58,905 nt of DNA, from assembly GCA_026386845.1 (NCBI GenBank), contig JAPLMW010000028.1, forward strand, positions 68,729 through 127,633. The letters are read 5' to 3'. Source of the DNA: Phycisphaerae bacterium. Its GTDB lineage: Bacteria > Planctomycetota > Phycisphaerae > Sedimentisphaerales > UBA12454. The position numbers and the translations under genes are program-made. The notes beneath the pieces were generated by a model. That model was not told the DNA's origin and did not search any database. It was given only the letters and a program-made list of their open reading frames with translations. This document shows, one piece after another, positions 38,120 through 47,770 of the stretch (positions are counted from its first letter, which is position 1; the number at the start of each line of letters is the position of its first letter).

Positions 38120-39175
38120 ATGCCTTTAACCCAAACAGATTTAAACCATATTCTCAAAAACACCGAGCCGCTATGGCAACGGGCGGCAAATAAACGTTTT
38201 TTCATCACCGGCGGCACAGGTTTTATCGGCAAATGGTTATTAGAAAGTTTCGCATACGCAAATCGCCGGCTTAACCTCAATTGCCAAATGCTGGTTCTGT
38301 CGCGCTGGCCTGAAAAATTCGTCCGGCAATACCATCACTTCGCAAATTTTGATGAAATCAAATTCCTAAAGGCCGAGGTTGAAAATTTTGAATTTCCTGA
38401 TGGAAAATTCGATTACATAATTCACGCCGCTACTGAAGCCAGCGCAACGCTTAACACCGAAAAACCTCTCGAAATGACAGATACTATAATTGAAGGCACA
38501 AAAAGAACGCTGAATTTCGCAAGACAATGCGGGGCAAAACGTTTTCTGTTTTTAAGTTCCGGCGCCGTTTATGGTAAACAGCCGGATAATTTGCCGCTTA
38601 TGCCGGAAAACCATAACGGTGCCCCCGACCCGCTGGACATACTCAGCGCCTACGGACAGGCCAAACGAACCGCTGAATTGTTTTGCGGCATTTATTACAA
38701 AAATTATGGTATAGAAACCACCATAGCCCGCTGTTTCGCTCTTGTCGGACCGTATCTGAACCTGAATATTCATTACGCAATCGGCAACTTTATCCGGGAT
38801 GCCTTAAAGGGCGGACCAATAATCGTAAACGGCGATGGAACCCCCCTGCGTTCCTATCTCTACGCCGCTGACCTTGCGATATGGTTGTGGACAATGCTCT
38901 TCAAAGCCGAACCCTCAACAGCTTACAATGTCGGCTCGGATATTCCAATCAGCATCGCTGACCTTGCACACAAAATAGCGGCTATCGTATCGGACAAATG
39001 CAAAGTGCAAATCGCGAAAAAGCCCGGTCTGATTACAGAAAGACAACGATATGTTCCCTGTATAGATAAAGCCAGAACCGAACTTGGACTTGACTGTTGG
39101 ACTATACTTGAAGATTCGATAAAACGCACAATACAGTTCTACAGAGGGAAAAAACAGGATAATTTCTATGAATAA
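38120..39175 (+). CDS. NAD-dependent epimerase/dehydratase/reductase (extended SDR; YerF-like by context)
   Basis: TGGTGFIG, IHAA, SSGAVYG, YGQAK (YxxxK), GDGTPLRSYLY. Confidence 0.88.
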   Translation: MPLTQTDLNHILKNTEPLWQRAANKRFFITGGTGFIGKWLLESFAYANRRLNLNCQMLVLSRWPEKFVRQYHHFANFDEIKFLKAEVENFEFPDGKFDYIIHAATEASATLNTEKPLEMTDTIIEGTKRTLNFARQCGAKRFLFLSSGAVYGKQPDNLPLMPENHNGAPDPLDILSAYGQAKRTAELFCGIYYKNYGIETTIARCFALVGPYLNLNIHYAIGNFIRDALKGGPIIVNGDGTPLRSYLYAADLAIWLWTMLFKAEPSTAYNVGSDIPISIADLAHKIAAIVSDKCKVQIAKKPGLITERQRYVPCIDKARTELGLDCWTILEDSIKRTIQFYRGKKQDNFYE

Positions 39176-40274
39176 GCGAATCGTCCTGTGTACGGGAGCC
39201 GAAATCTTTTTGCAAAATCGTATATTCGACCCTGAATGGGCCGCAAAATTCCCCGGCGCAGAAACAATGTCGGAACTGGCAAAACTGGCAAAAAAAGAAA
39301 ATACAGATATCGTTACCAGCGATATAGCTTTGTCGCATATAAATAAGGGAGACTGGCAGCCGAATGAAGTCAACCTTATTATGGAAGCAGACAACCCGCA
39401 GGGGTTTGAGTTAATGAAGCTCGGCTGCAAGCCAAAAATACTCCAATGCTTTGAATCACCCATATTTGCCTGGCCGTTCTATGACAAACTTGACCAGCTT
39501 GCCCCGAAATTTGAGCATAGAATTCTCTTTAGAGGCGCATTTGAAAAATTTCACACAGATTACGGACAAAACCACCCTGCTCGATTCCCAATATTTCACA
39601 AGGGTACAAAATTTGCAATAAAACCCTGGAATGAAAGAAAAGATGTCGTTCTTGTCGCAGCCAACAAACACTGGAAAAAATCTAGTTTTCCTCTCTCTTT
39701 CAAACCTGAAAAATATCTCAAATGGTGGCGAAAATTAAATTCTCCTACTTTAAAAGACGCTATCCACGACGAACTGCAAGGCAAAAGACTCGAAGCAATT
39801 GAGTTTTTCGCGGCACAGAACAAAATCGATATCTTCGGACGCGAATGGCAAAATCTCTCTAAGCTTCCGTCTCAATGGCAAAAACGATTAGCTCCTGTTA
39901 TCAGCAGGCTTGACCCACAACCCTGCGAAGATAAAATCGAAACAATAAGCAACTACAAATTCGCCGTCTGCTTTGAAAATGTCGCTTATCCGGGCTATAT
40001 TACAGAAAAGATTATTGATTGCTTAGTCGCAGGTATTATTCCTTTATATTTAGGTGCACCGGATGTTGCCGATTTTATTCCACAAGATATCTTTATTAAT
40101 GTGAAAAATTTTGACAATTTTCAGCAGCTCAATAAATATATGGAAAGCATCACTGAGAAAACAGCAATGAAAATAATAAACTCTGGTAGAGCTTTTCTTA
40201 TGTCTCCCGCTGCACAGTTTCACAGTTTTGAAGGATTTGCCGAGTTTCTGTTCGAACTGCTTAAAAAGGACTGA
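39168..40274 (+). CDS. Glycosyltransferase, GT10-like
   Basis: IDIFGREW and the C-terminal GT10 motif YKFAVCFEN...GYITEKIIDCL.AG.IPLYLG. Confidence 0.75.
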   Translation: MNKRIVLCTGAEIFLQNRIFDPEWAAKFPGAETMSELAKLAKKENTDIVTSDIALSHINKGDWQPNEVNLIMEADNPQGFELMKLGCKPKILQCFESPIFAWPFYDKLDQLAPKFEHRILFRGAFEKFHTDYGQNHPARFPIFHKGTKFAIKPWNERKDVVLVAANKHWKKSSFPLSFKPEKYLKWWRKLNSPTLKDAIHDELQGKRLEAIEFFAAQNKIDIFGREWQNLSKLPSQWQKRLAPVISRLDPQPCEDKIETISNYKFAVCFENVAYPGYITEKIIDCLVAGIIPLYLGAPDVADFIPQDIFINVKNFDNFQQLNKYMESITEKTAMKIINSGRAFLMSPAAQFHSFEGFAEFLFELLKKD

Positions 40275-40278
40275 AAAA

Positions 40279-41022
40279 ATGAAAAAAATCATCAAAAGAT
40301 GGCTCAGACCACTGATAAAAACCAATATCATTGAAGGAATCATACAATATCAGCGATTCATCAGCGATTGGCGCAAATATAAAAAACTCGAAGGCGCAGA
40401 ACCGATAAAACTAAAGGATTCTTATCCCTGCCTGTTCGACAGAAGCGAAACTTTTTCTCCCGGCAGTCATTACTTTTATCAGGACATCTGGGCATTTACA
40501 AGAATATATAACTCAAAAACTCCTCTGCACATCGATGTCGGCTCAAAAGCCGAATTCGTATCATTTTTGACGGCAATTACCAATATTGAATTTATTGATA
40601 TACGCCCTCTCGATGCACCATATCTTAAAAACCTCAAAAGCATCGCAGGCTCTATCCTGCAAATGCCTTATGATGACAACTCCGTAAAATCTCTATCCTG
40701 CCTTCATGTCGCAGAGCATATTGGCCTAGGCAGATACGGCGACCCGCTCGACCCAAAAGGGACAATAAAAGCCGCTCGTGAACTTGCCCGTGTCCTTGCG
40801 CCGGGTGGAAATCTTTACTTTTCACTGCCCGTTGGAAAACCAAAAGTCTGCTTTAACGCACACAGAATACACTCGCCAAAACAGATACTTGAATACTTTT
40901 CAGATTTAAGACTCGTCGAGTTCAGCGTCTATGACGACCAGAAAAGATTTATCGAAAATACAGACCCTGTCTCAGTGGAAAATAATAAATTCGCCTGCGG
41001 TATGTTCTGGTTTACAAAATAA
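40279..41022 (+). CDS. DUF268-like SAM-methyltransferase-fold protein
   Basis: HYFYQDIWA, HIDVGS, DIRPL, SLSCLHVAEHIGLGRYGDPLDP, FNAHRI. Confidence 0.75.
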   Translation: MKKIIKRWLRPLIKTNIIEGIIQYQRFISDWRKYKKLEGAEPIKLKDSYPCLFDRSETFSPGSHYFYQDIWAFTRIYNSKTPLHIDVGSKAEFVSFLTAITNIEFIDIRPLDAPYLKNLKSIAGSILQMPYDDNSVKSLSCLHVAEHIGLGRYGDPLDPKGTIKAARELARVLAPGGNLYFSLPVGKPKVCFNAHRIHSPKQILEYFSDLRLVEFSVYDDQKRFIENTDPVSVENNKFACGMFWFTK

Positions 41023-41048
41023 TGGAAATTTAGTAGTATTTGCTCACT

Positions 41049-41741
41049 ATGAACGTTCGACCGAAATATCCTCTCTATCTGCCGGTATTCTTAAGAACAG
41101 GCTGGTCCGTCAGCAGAAAAATAAATGCTCTTGTTCCAAAACTGCTGACTGAACAACAAATACAGCAGTTCCAGGCTGTAGAAGGACACACGACACTTCG
41201 ACAATGTGCTACTTTGTTTTACCTGGCCCATATCAGTACAAAAACTGCCGGCAGGATAGTGGAAATCGGCTCATTCAAAGGAAAATCAACCTGCTGGATG
41301 GCTAAAGCCCTGCAACTGGCAGGCTCAAACGAAAAAATCGCCGCCGTTGACCCTCACATAAACACACGCAACCCCGGCGTTGTGCCGGATTACAAAGAAG
41401 ATTCCAGTTTTGATGCCTTCTTGAATAACTTAAAAAGCTGCGGTGTAACTCAATATGTAGAACCGGTTAAACAAACGTCTAAGGATGCCGCGAAAAACTG
41501 GAAACAGCCTATAAAGTTGCTTTTCATTGACGGTTCCCATCTATATGATGATGTAATGCTTGACTTGAAGCTCTGGGAACCCCGGCTTAATATCGGCGGT
41601 ATTGTTGTAATGCATGACACAAAACCTATAGGACCCCGAGTGGAAGTCAGAAAAGCAATGAATGACTATATTGTAAAAAGCAAACGCTTTAAGGAACTGC
41701 TTCAACTTGAAAATATGGCCTGCTTCACAAAAATGAAGTAA
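41049..41741 (+). CDS. Class I SAM-dependent methyltransferase
   Basis: IVEIGSFKGKST, AVDPH, LLFIDGSH.Y, GGIVVMHD. Confidence 0.85.
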   Translation: MNVRPKYPLYLPVFLRTGWSVSRKINALVPKLLTEQQIQQFQAVEGHTTLRQCATLFYLAHISTKTAGRIVEIGSFKGKSTCWMAKALQLAGSNEKIAAVDPHINTRNPGVVPDYKEDSSFDAFLNNLKSCGVTQYVEPVKQTSKDAAKNWKQPIKLLFIDGSHLYDDVMLDLKLWEPRLNIGGIVVMHDTKPIGPRVEVRKAMNDYIVKSKRFKELLQLENMACFTKMK

Positions 41742-41747
41742 TTATAT

Positions 41748-42704
41748 ATGCCGACTGTTTCAATTATAATTCCGACTTATAACAGATGCGACCTTTTGCT
41801 GCAAACGATAAACTCCGTCCTCGCACAGGACTCCAGAGACTTTGAGATACTTGTCATAGACGATGGCTCCACCGACCACACCGGACAAACCGTTGCCGAA
41901 ATAAAAGATAATCGCATAAAATATTTCCCTAAAAACAACGGTGGAAGGTCATCAGCCAGAAATTTCGGCTTGAAAAAAGCACAGGGACAATTTATCTGCT
42001 TCCTCGACTCAGACGACTTATGGCCCGGCAATTTCTTAAGAACTATGACGAGCCGCCTGCAAAAAAATCCTCAATACGGCGCGGCATATTGTATGAGAAC
42101 CCTGCTGTTTGAAGACGGTTCAACCAAACCTTCATATCAGAAAGAATTTTTCTTCTCAGGGCAAATAACTTCCCAACTATTCCAAAAAACCTTCATTCAA
42201 ACATCAACAATCTGCTTCAGAAGGGAAATACTTGAGGATATATTTTTCGATGAATCTCTTAACAACGGCGAAGACGTCGATGTATGGCTGAAAATATCGA
42301 CGAGAACTAAATTCCTCTTTGTGCCGGATATTCAAATTATATACAGGCAGCAAACTCTGCCGGACACAGCTGAGTTCGACTCCAAATACTGCAACCGTAT
42401 CCGCGTCCTCGAAAGATTTTACTTTAAACTCGGCGGAAATAAATATATCCCCCGTAAAATTGCGATGAGAAAGCTCAGTTATGCTTACCGCAGCGCCGCG
42501 AAAAAAGCCCTCAAAGCCGGCTGCCGGAAAGCCGCTATAGAGCTTACAAAAATGGCCCTGCAATTCCAAAAATGGCAAATACGTCTTTATCTTGACCTGA
42601 TAAAAGCTTATAATATAAACAGGAAAAATGATAAAATGCCGGACTGGCAAATGCCAAAACCATTGGAAATAAACGGCAGTTCTATTGCGGGAGAACCGAA
42701 ATGA
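41748..42704 (+). CDS. Glycosyltransferase family 2
   Basis: VSIIIPTYNR, DDGSTD, ARNFG, FLDSDD, GED. Confidence 0.92.
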   Translation: MPTVSIIIPTYNRCDLLLQTINSVLAQDSRDFEILVIDDGSTDHTGQTVAEIKDNRIKYFPKNNGGRSSARNFGLKKAQGQFICFLDSDDLWPGNFLRTMTSRLQKNPQYGAAYCMRTLLFEDGSTKPSYQKEFFFSGQITSQLFQKTFIQTSTICFRREILEDIFFDESLNNGEDVDVWLKISTRTKFLFVPDIQIIYRQQTLPDTAEFDSKYCNRIRVLERFYFKLGGNKYIPRKIAMRKLSYAYRSAAKKALKAGCRKAAIELTKMALQFQKWQIRLYLDLIKAYNINRKNDKMPDWQMPKPLEINGSSIAGEPK

Positions 42705-43498
42705 ACATAGTAACAGCAGGCGATTCCGGTTTCTTCCACTGTTTAAAAGAACTGGCAGACAGCGTAAGAAAAATTTACAACAAACCGGTCATCCTCTACG
42801 ACATCGGTCTTACAGAAGAACAAAAAAAACAAATAGACGCTGTTATTATACCTATACAGGTTACCGAAAAAGTAAACCACAAAGGAAAAAGTTTGCTTGC
42901 AACATCAGGAATACCCAGCACACGCGCCACACATAAACCGTTTTGCGTCAGGCATTATTTTGAAAATTTTTCTGAACCGATGATTCTCGTCGATGCAGAC
43001 TGTTTGTTTACAGCAAAGGTCGAAGAAACAGGCTTTGACGTAGGCGTTACCTGCTACAAATCAAAGAAAAAAAATATCGACTATTATAACGGCATTATCA
43101 ACTCAGGCGTCATATTCTTTAACAGCCCTGCCGAAAAACTCGTCAATTGCTGGGCTGAAGAATGTGAAAAAGAATTAACCACCGATCAGAAAGCTCTGTC
43201 CGACGTCCTCAGCCGGACTATAAACTGGAATATATTTAATAAAGTCCAGGACTGGAACGGCCTGAAAATAAAAATATTCAATACAAAAATATATAACGAC
43301 TTTCACCTGACCAAAAAAGGCAAAATCCTTCACTTTATAAATACAAAACACGATAAAGACATCTATGAAAAGCTCATCGATGGATATAAACAGGGAAAAG
43401 ACATACGAAAGATGTTCAGGTGGATAAAACGAGGCAAAAAAACACGACTCGAACGACTGTTTGAGAATATTACTAATTTTGTTAAATTCAACGGATAA
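42701..43498 (+). CDS. Putative GT-A fold nucleotide-sugar transferase
   Basis: VILYDIGL, HKP, LVDAD (DxD), INSGVIFF, DQKAL; locus context. Confidence 0.6.
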   Translation: MNIVTAGDSGFFHCLKELADSVRKIYNKPVILYDIGLTEEQKKQIDAVIIPIQVTEKVNHKGKSLLATSGIPSTRATHKPFCVRHYFENFSEPMILVDADCLFTAKVEETGFDVGVTCYKSKKKNIDYYNGIINSGVIFFNSPAEKLVNCWAEECEKELTTDQKALSDVLSRTINWNIFNKVQDWNGLKIKIFNTKIYNDFHLTKKGKILHFINTKHDKDIYEKLIDGYKQGKDIRKMFRWIKRGKKTRLERLFENITNFVKFNG

Positions 43499-43499
43499 G

Positions 43500-44375
43500 A
43501 TGATTATAATATGCTTAAAAGGTGGTCTGGGAAATCAGCTCTTTCAATATGCTGCGGCAAGAAGTCTCGCCCACATTCACAAGACCGCAGTCAAACTCGA
43601 TACAACAGCCTACTATTATGGCGGTCCGCGGCAATTCGAATTGTCTCATTTCAATATCCAGGAGAATATCGCGGTTGCCGCAGAAATTGAAAAACTGACC
43701 GAAGCAAGGCAAAACAGACTCCAGAAATCGTTCTATTCCCTGCTGCACAGCCACTCCAAACTATCGCCAAATCACATCAGATATAACAAACCGCAGTATA
43801 AAGCTGATTTTTTCAAACTGTCGGACAATATCTATCTCGAAGGCTATTGGCTGAGTGAAAAATATTTCAGCAATATAAAGGACATAATTCGCCAGGAGTT
43901 TACATTCAAGGAAAAACCAGACGATAAAAATCAGAAGCTTGCGGACAATATCACTGCTGTAAATTCCGTAAGTATTCATATCCGCAGGGGCGACTATACA
44001 GAAGACTCAAAAGCCGTTCAAAGTCACGGCATCTGTTCAGTGCAGTATTATCGTGATTGCATTGAATATATTACAAAAAAAGTAGAAAATCCCCATTTCT
44101 TTATCTTCAGCGACCGGCCCGAATGGAGCAAAGATATATTAAAGCTATCATATCCAGCTACTTACATAAGCCAAAACTTCGGCGAAAAAGATTATGAAGA
44201 TATGCGGATTATGTCTCTTTGCAAACACAATATCATCGCCAACAGCACATTTTCCTGGTGGGCCGCATGGCTTAATTCCAATCCCCAAAAAATAGTACTC
44301 GCACCCCAAAAATGGTTTGCAGACAAAAAATTTAATATTGATGATATTGTCCCCGCCGGCTGGATAAAAAAATAA
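43500..44375 (+). CDS. Glycosyltransferase family 11 (alpha-1,2-fucosyltransferase-like)
   Basis: GGLGNQLFQYA, GYW.SEKYF, HIRRGDY, FSD, IANSTFSWWAAWL. Confidence 0.92.
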   Translation: MIIICLKGGLGNQLFQYAAARSLAHIHKTAVKLDTTAYYYGGPRQFELSHFNIQENIAVAAEIEKLTEARQNRLQKSFYSLLHSHSKLSPNHIRYNKPQYKADFFKLSDNIYLEGYWLSEKYFSNIKDIIRQEFTFKEKPDDKNQKLADNITAVNSVSIHIRRGDYTEDSKAVQSHGICSVQYYRDCIEYITKKVENPHFFIFSDRPEWSKDILKLSYPATYISQNFGEKDYEDMRIMSLCKHNIIANSTFSWWAAWLNSNPQKIVLAPQKWFADKKFNIDDIVPAGWIKK

Positions 44376-44383
44376 CGTCAGGA

Positions 44384-45487
44384 TTAAACCAGGGCTTTCG
44401 CTGGTTTCTTTACTTTCAAATACTTCTTGATCGAATCACAAATATACACTATCTGCTCATCGGTCAAAAACGACGACGACGGCAGCCATAGCCCCCTGTG
44501 GCAGTAATTTCTCGAAACAGGATATTCTCTGCCGTTAGCATAAATCTTTTGCTCATTTATTGGCGGATATACCGTCCGGCTACCGACCTGATTCTGTTTA
44601 AGATGCTTTTGAAGCTCCTGTGGATTTTCAAGATATATATCTATAAACCACGGCGATGTCTGGTCGAATGTCGGAATAAATTCGAGGCCGTCAATACCGC
44701 CAAGCTCAGACTCGTATAACCGATACATTTCTTTCTTGCGTATGACCCTTTGCGGCAGTTTTTTCATCTGCTCAATACCAATAACAGCCTGGAGGTCTGT
44801 AAATTTGAAATTATACCCCATCTCATCATGCCAGTCCGTACCGCCTGTTTCCCTGCCGAAATCTTTTATCTTCTTTATCTTTTGATATAGCTCTTCACTG
44901 TCCGTGACCAGAGCACCGCCCTGCCCGGTCGTTATAATCTTAGGCGAACTGAATGAAAAAACACCAATATCACCGAAAGTACCAAGGTGCTTCCTGCCGT
45001 GGAACGATCCCAGAGACTGTGCGGCATCTTCAAGAAAATATAAATCATGTTCCCTGCAGAAATCAATAAAAGCACCCATATCAGGCGACCTGCCGTTAAG
45101 ACTGACAAGTAAAACAGCTTTTGTTTTTTTTGTAAGGGCTTTTTCGGCACAATTTAAATCCATACATAACGTTTGCGGTTCAATATCGACCAGTATCGGC
45201 GTTGCACCAACTAGCCTGACGGCATTTGCCGTGGCAATCATTGTATAATCAGGCACAAGTACCTCGTCGCCCGGCCCGATACCTGTCGCCCACAAAGCCA
45301 CTGCAAGGCTGACCGTGCCATTATTAACCACACAGCAGAATTTACTTCCAGTATATTCGGCAATCATCTGCTCAAACTGCTCTGTTTTCTTGAACTCCGT
45401 TAGCCACGCACCGGACCTGAGATATTCAACCATATGGTTAATCTCATTCTCGTCAATCCAGGGAGCCATCTGATGTATAAATTCCAT
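44384..45487 (-). CDS. DegT/DnrJ/EryC1/StrS sugar aminotransferase
   Basis: NGT.SL, EDAAQSLG, SFSSPKIITTGQGG (PLP Lys), GYNFK. Confidence 0.9.
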   Translation of the reverse strand: MEFIHQMAPWIDENEINHMVEYLRSGAWLTEFKKTEQFEQMIAEYTGSKFCCVVNNGTVSLAVALWATGIGPGDEVLVPDYTMIATANAVRLVGATPILVDIEPQTLCMDLNCAEKALTKKTKAVLLVSLNGRSPDMGAFIDFCREHDLYFLEDAAQSLGSFHGRKHLGTFGDIGVFSFSSPKIITTGQGGALVTDSEELYQKIKKIKDFGRETGGTDWHDEMGYNFKFTDLQAVIGIEQMKKLPQRVIRKKEMYRLYESELGGIDGLEFIPTFDQTSPWFIDIYLENPQELQKHLKQNQVGSRTVYPPINEQKIYANGREYPVSRNYCHRGLWLPSSSFLTDEQIVYICDSIKKYLKVKKPAKALV

Positions 45488-45506
45488 AATTACCTCGGTA
45501 ATCGGT

Positions 45507-45905
45507 TTAAATCAAAACCTTGTCTTTTTCAACAGAAACAAACGGACCGTTCTTACACTCAATTATCTTGGTATCAGGAGCCAGAATCTCGTAGCCGTGT
45601 CCGCCGGCAAGCATTATCATTAAATCTCCGGCCACAAGAACCTCGCTGCGGAAAACAGAGTCATTCTCGTCATATAAATCAACCTTTACTGAACCAGACA
45701 TCACTACAATACACTCCTGTGTAATGGTATTGACCCGTTCATTGGGAATATGTTTATGAGTATTGAGTTTTTTGCCTTTATGATACCACCAGGTGCCTGC
45801 CTGAATGAACGTATCATTGGCAGTCAGAAAATCAAGTCCTTCTTTCCATTCGTCCTTCCTGTGGACAACAGCATATAAAACTCCATTTTTCTCAATAGCT
45901 TTCAT
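45507..45905 (-). CDS. Small cupin-fold protein (WbuC-like)
   Basis: HKH...TQE.IVV..G...GGHGYE...ECKNGPF; ATG 45905 preferred. Confidence 0.65.
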   Translation of the reverse strand: MKAIEKNGVLYAVVHRKDEWKEGLDFLTANDTFIQAGTWWYHKGKKLNTHKHIPNERVNTITQECIVVMSGSVKVDLYDENDSVFRSEVLVAGDLMIMLAGGHGYEILAPDTKIIECKNGPFVSVEKDKVLI

Positions 45906-46014
45906 AAAGCTCCGGAAACCACCTAAATTCTCTAAAATCCTACCCACCACGCAATCAAATAGCAATTATTTTCAGGCTTCTTTATCAAGTTTCAGTAAAA
46001 ACTGTAACATATTG

Positions 46015-46043
46015 TTGACAAAACCACTTATGAACCTTAAAAT
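46015..46043 (+). promoter_or_regulatory. sigma70-type promoter
   Basis: TTGACA-N17-TAAAAT, 39 bp before GTG 46083. Confidence 0.7.
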
Positions 46044-46082
46044 CCTAAATATTCGTAATTAGAAAATCAAAGGCGACAAGAA

Positions 46083-47030
46083 GTGTTAGAAAAAATCATT
46101 AGCAATATTGTATTTACAAAGAATAGACCTCTGCAGATGCACAGTTATTTGCTGAGTCTTTACAAAAGTTTGCCGGAAAATTTTATTCAGACCTATATTA
46201 TTTACAAGAAAGATTTATTCGACCGGCAGTATCAGCAGCTTTTTGAAAAATACCCGAATTGTGTTGTAATATATGAGAAAAATTTCCACGATGACCTCGT
46301 TAATCTGATAAACAGTCTGACCTCAAAATATGTTCTCTTCGGCACTGATGATGTCGTCTTATTCGACTCTATTGACCTGAATATTATAAATGAAACATTC
46401 GAAAGTTCCCCGAATGACATATTAGGATTTTCACTGCGTCTCAGTCTCGAATACGCTAAAAGCAGTCCAGACAAAGTAGAAGAAGTCAAAGCGGCCGGTC
46501 AGACCGTATATAAAGTCAACTGGAAGAAGAGCAGAACAGCCAACTTGAAATATCCATTTGAGGTCGATGCTACAATTTATAAAACCGAATTAGTCAAGAA
46601 AATCATCAATGCAATCGCTAAAGAGCACCGTTTACTTAAAAAAATATTCGACCCGGATTCGCTGAGAATCAGAACTCTTAAAAAAGTTATTTCCATGAAA
46701 AATTTTCTGGCTTCGCTCGAGACTTTCTATAATCCCAATACACTTGAAACTCTCGGTTATCGGTGGTGTAAAAATCACAAGAATAAAATACCAGACTATC
46801 TGTTTTTCAAAAAAATCTGTGCAATCGCATTACAAATCAACACTGTTAATGCCGTAAAGGAAATTGATATAGAAAAGCACTCCATAAAAAGCAAAAGCGG
46901 CAGTAATATTGAGGAATTAAACGAAATGTACAAACAGGGTTTTCTTGTCGATATCGACCATATAGCTCAACTAAAACCGATTCTCGCACTGTGCAACGAT
47001 GAATTCTTCAAACTAAAGAAACAGAAATGA
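46083..47030 (+). CDS. Hypothetical protein, possibly a GT-A-like glycosyltransferase
   Basis: 315-aa ORF; IVFTKNRPLQ and LFGTDDVV resemble GT-A motifs; end of the polysaccharide locus. Confidence 0.55.
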   Translation: MLEKIISNIVFTKNRPLQMHSYLLSLYKSLPENFIQTYIIYKKDLFDRQYQQLFEKYPNCVVIYEKNFHDDLVNLINSLTSKYVLFGTDDVVLFDSIDLNIINETFESSPNDILGFSLRLSLEYAKSSPDKVEEVKAAGQTVYKVNWKKSRTANLKYPFEVDATIYKTELVKKIINAIAKEHRLLKKIFDPDSLRIRTLKKVISMKNFLASLETFYNPNTLETLGYRWCKNHKNKIPDYLFFKKICAIALQINTVNAVKEIDIEKHSIKSKSGSNIEELNEMYKQGFLVDIDHIAQLKPILALCNDEFFKLKKQK

Positions 47031-47068
47031 TTTTTCTCAAGTCTTTAAATTACAACGTCTTGTGAAAA

Positions 47069-47113
47069 TGGAGCCAACAGGATTCGAACCTGCGACCTCT
47101 TGCATGCCATGCA
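47069..47113 (-). mobile_element. att site: 3' half of tRNA-Ala(GGC), boundary of an integrated island
   Basis: Minus strand TGCATGGCATGCAAGAGGTCGCAGGTTCGAATCCTGTTGGCTCCA contains the anticodon loop (GGC), T arm and 3' acceptor strand; no D arm or 5' acceptor strand upstream. Confidence 0.85.
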
Positions 47114-47205
47114 CCTGACAAAAATGCTACAATCCCCTAATTTCCTTTAAAATCAACAGTTATAAAGTACGCAAACTCAATAAAACCTGTTAAATACCTT
47201 TAAAT

Positions 47206-47412
47206 ACAGCCGCATATGAACGGCGGAGCTTGATTATTACGACAAACCTGCCGTTCGAAAGCTGGACAGAGGTGTGCGGGTCTGAACGATTGACTGGTGC
47301 GATGCTGGACAGGCTGACGCATAAGGTTCATATTATCGAGGCCAACGGGCAGAGTTATCGTCTTGAGCAGAGCCGTAAACGTTTGGCAAGACAGCAGAAG
47401 GCAACAGGTTAG
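47206..47412 (+). pseudogene. istB: IstB ATPase C-terminal fragment
   Basis: AAYERRSLIITTNLPFESW.EV.G.ERLTGAMLDRLTH..HII..NGQSYR; no Walker A/B part. Confidence 0.85.
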
Positions 47413-47485
47413 GATTGAAATTGACAGCCGGGGCGGTCCTGGCTATATATAAAGCTGGTGGTACATTTTTACTCCGCCGTTCACA
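47206..47485 (+). mobile_element. IS21-family remnant (istB 3' end plus right terminal repeat)
   Basis: IstB C-terminus followed by ...GGTACATTTTTACTCCGCCGTTCACA ending in CA at 47485. Confidence 0.82.
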
Positions 47486-47724
47486 ATATCAGTTCTGCCG
47501 CCATATTTGTCCAACTCGACTTTTTTTGAATAGGGTTTAAAGCCGGACACCATATCGATTGTCCGCGTATCATACTGTTTCCACTCTTTCTGTGAGGGGC
47601 TATTCTTAACCTGAACCTGTATATACTGCTGAGGCTTTTTCTCCGTGTTTATCTCCTTACAATAAGCTTCAGAGCAACACGCAATCACAACTAATAAAAC
47701 AAAATACGGAAATAATTTAAGCAT
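47486..47724 (-). pseudogene. Secreted protein truncated by the IS21 end (possibly a glycoside hydrolase N-terminus)
   Basis: Signal-like MLKLFPYFVLLVVIACC; the frame runs ...LDKYGGRTDI directly into IS terminal-repeat sequence (VNGGVKMY). Confidence 0.6.
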
Positions 47725-47770
47725 CTTCCAAATCTCCTGAATAGGGCTCGTTTTCTCCACAGAGCTACGA

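Noticed and set aside
47069-47145. Intact tRNA-Ala gene
   Set aside because: The 5' half (acceptor strand and D arm) is absent; sequence beyond 47113 cannot complete the cloverleaf
47151-47163. IHF site near att
   Set aside because: AATCAACAGTTA has 3 rather than 4 bases between ATCAA and TTR
47443-47760. 105-aa ORF as an intact gene
   Set aside because: Its last 13 codons are IS terminal-repeat sequence; treated as a truncated gene
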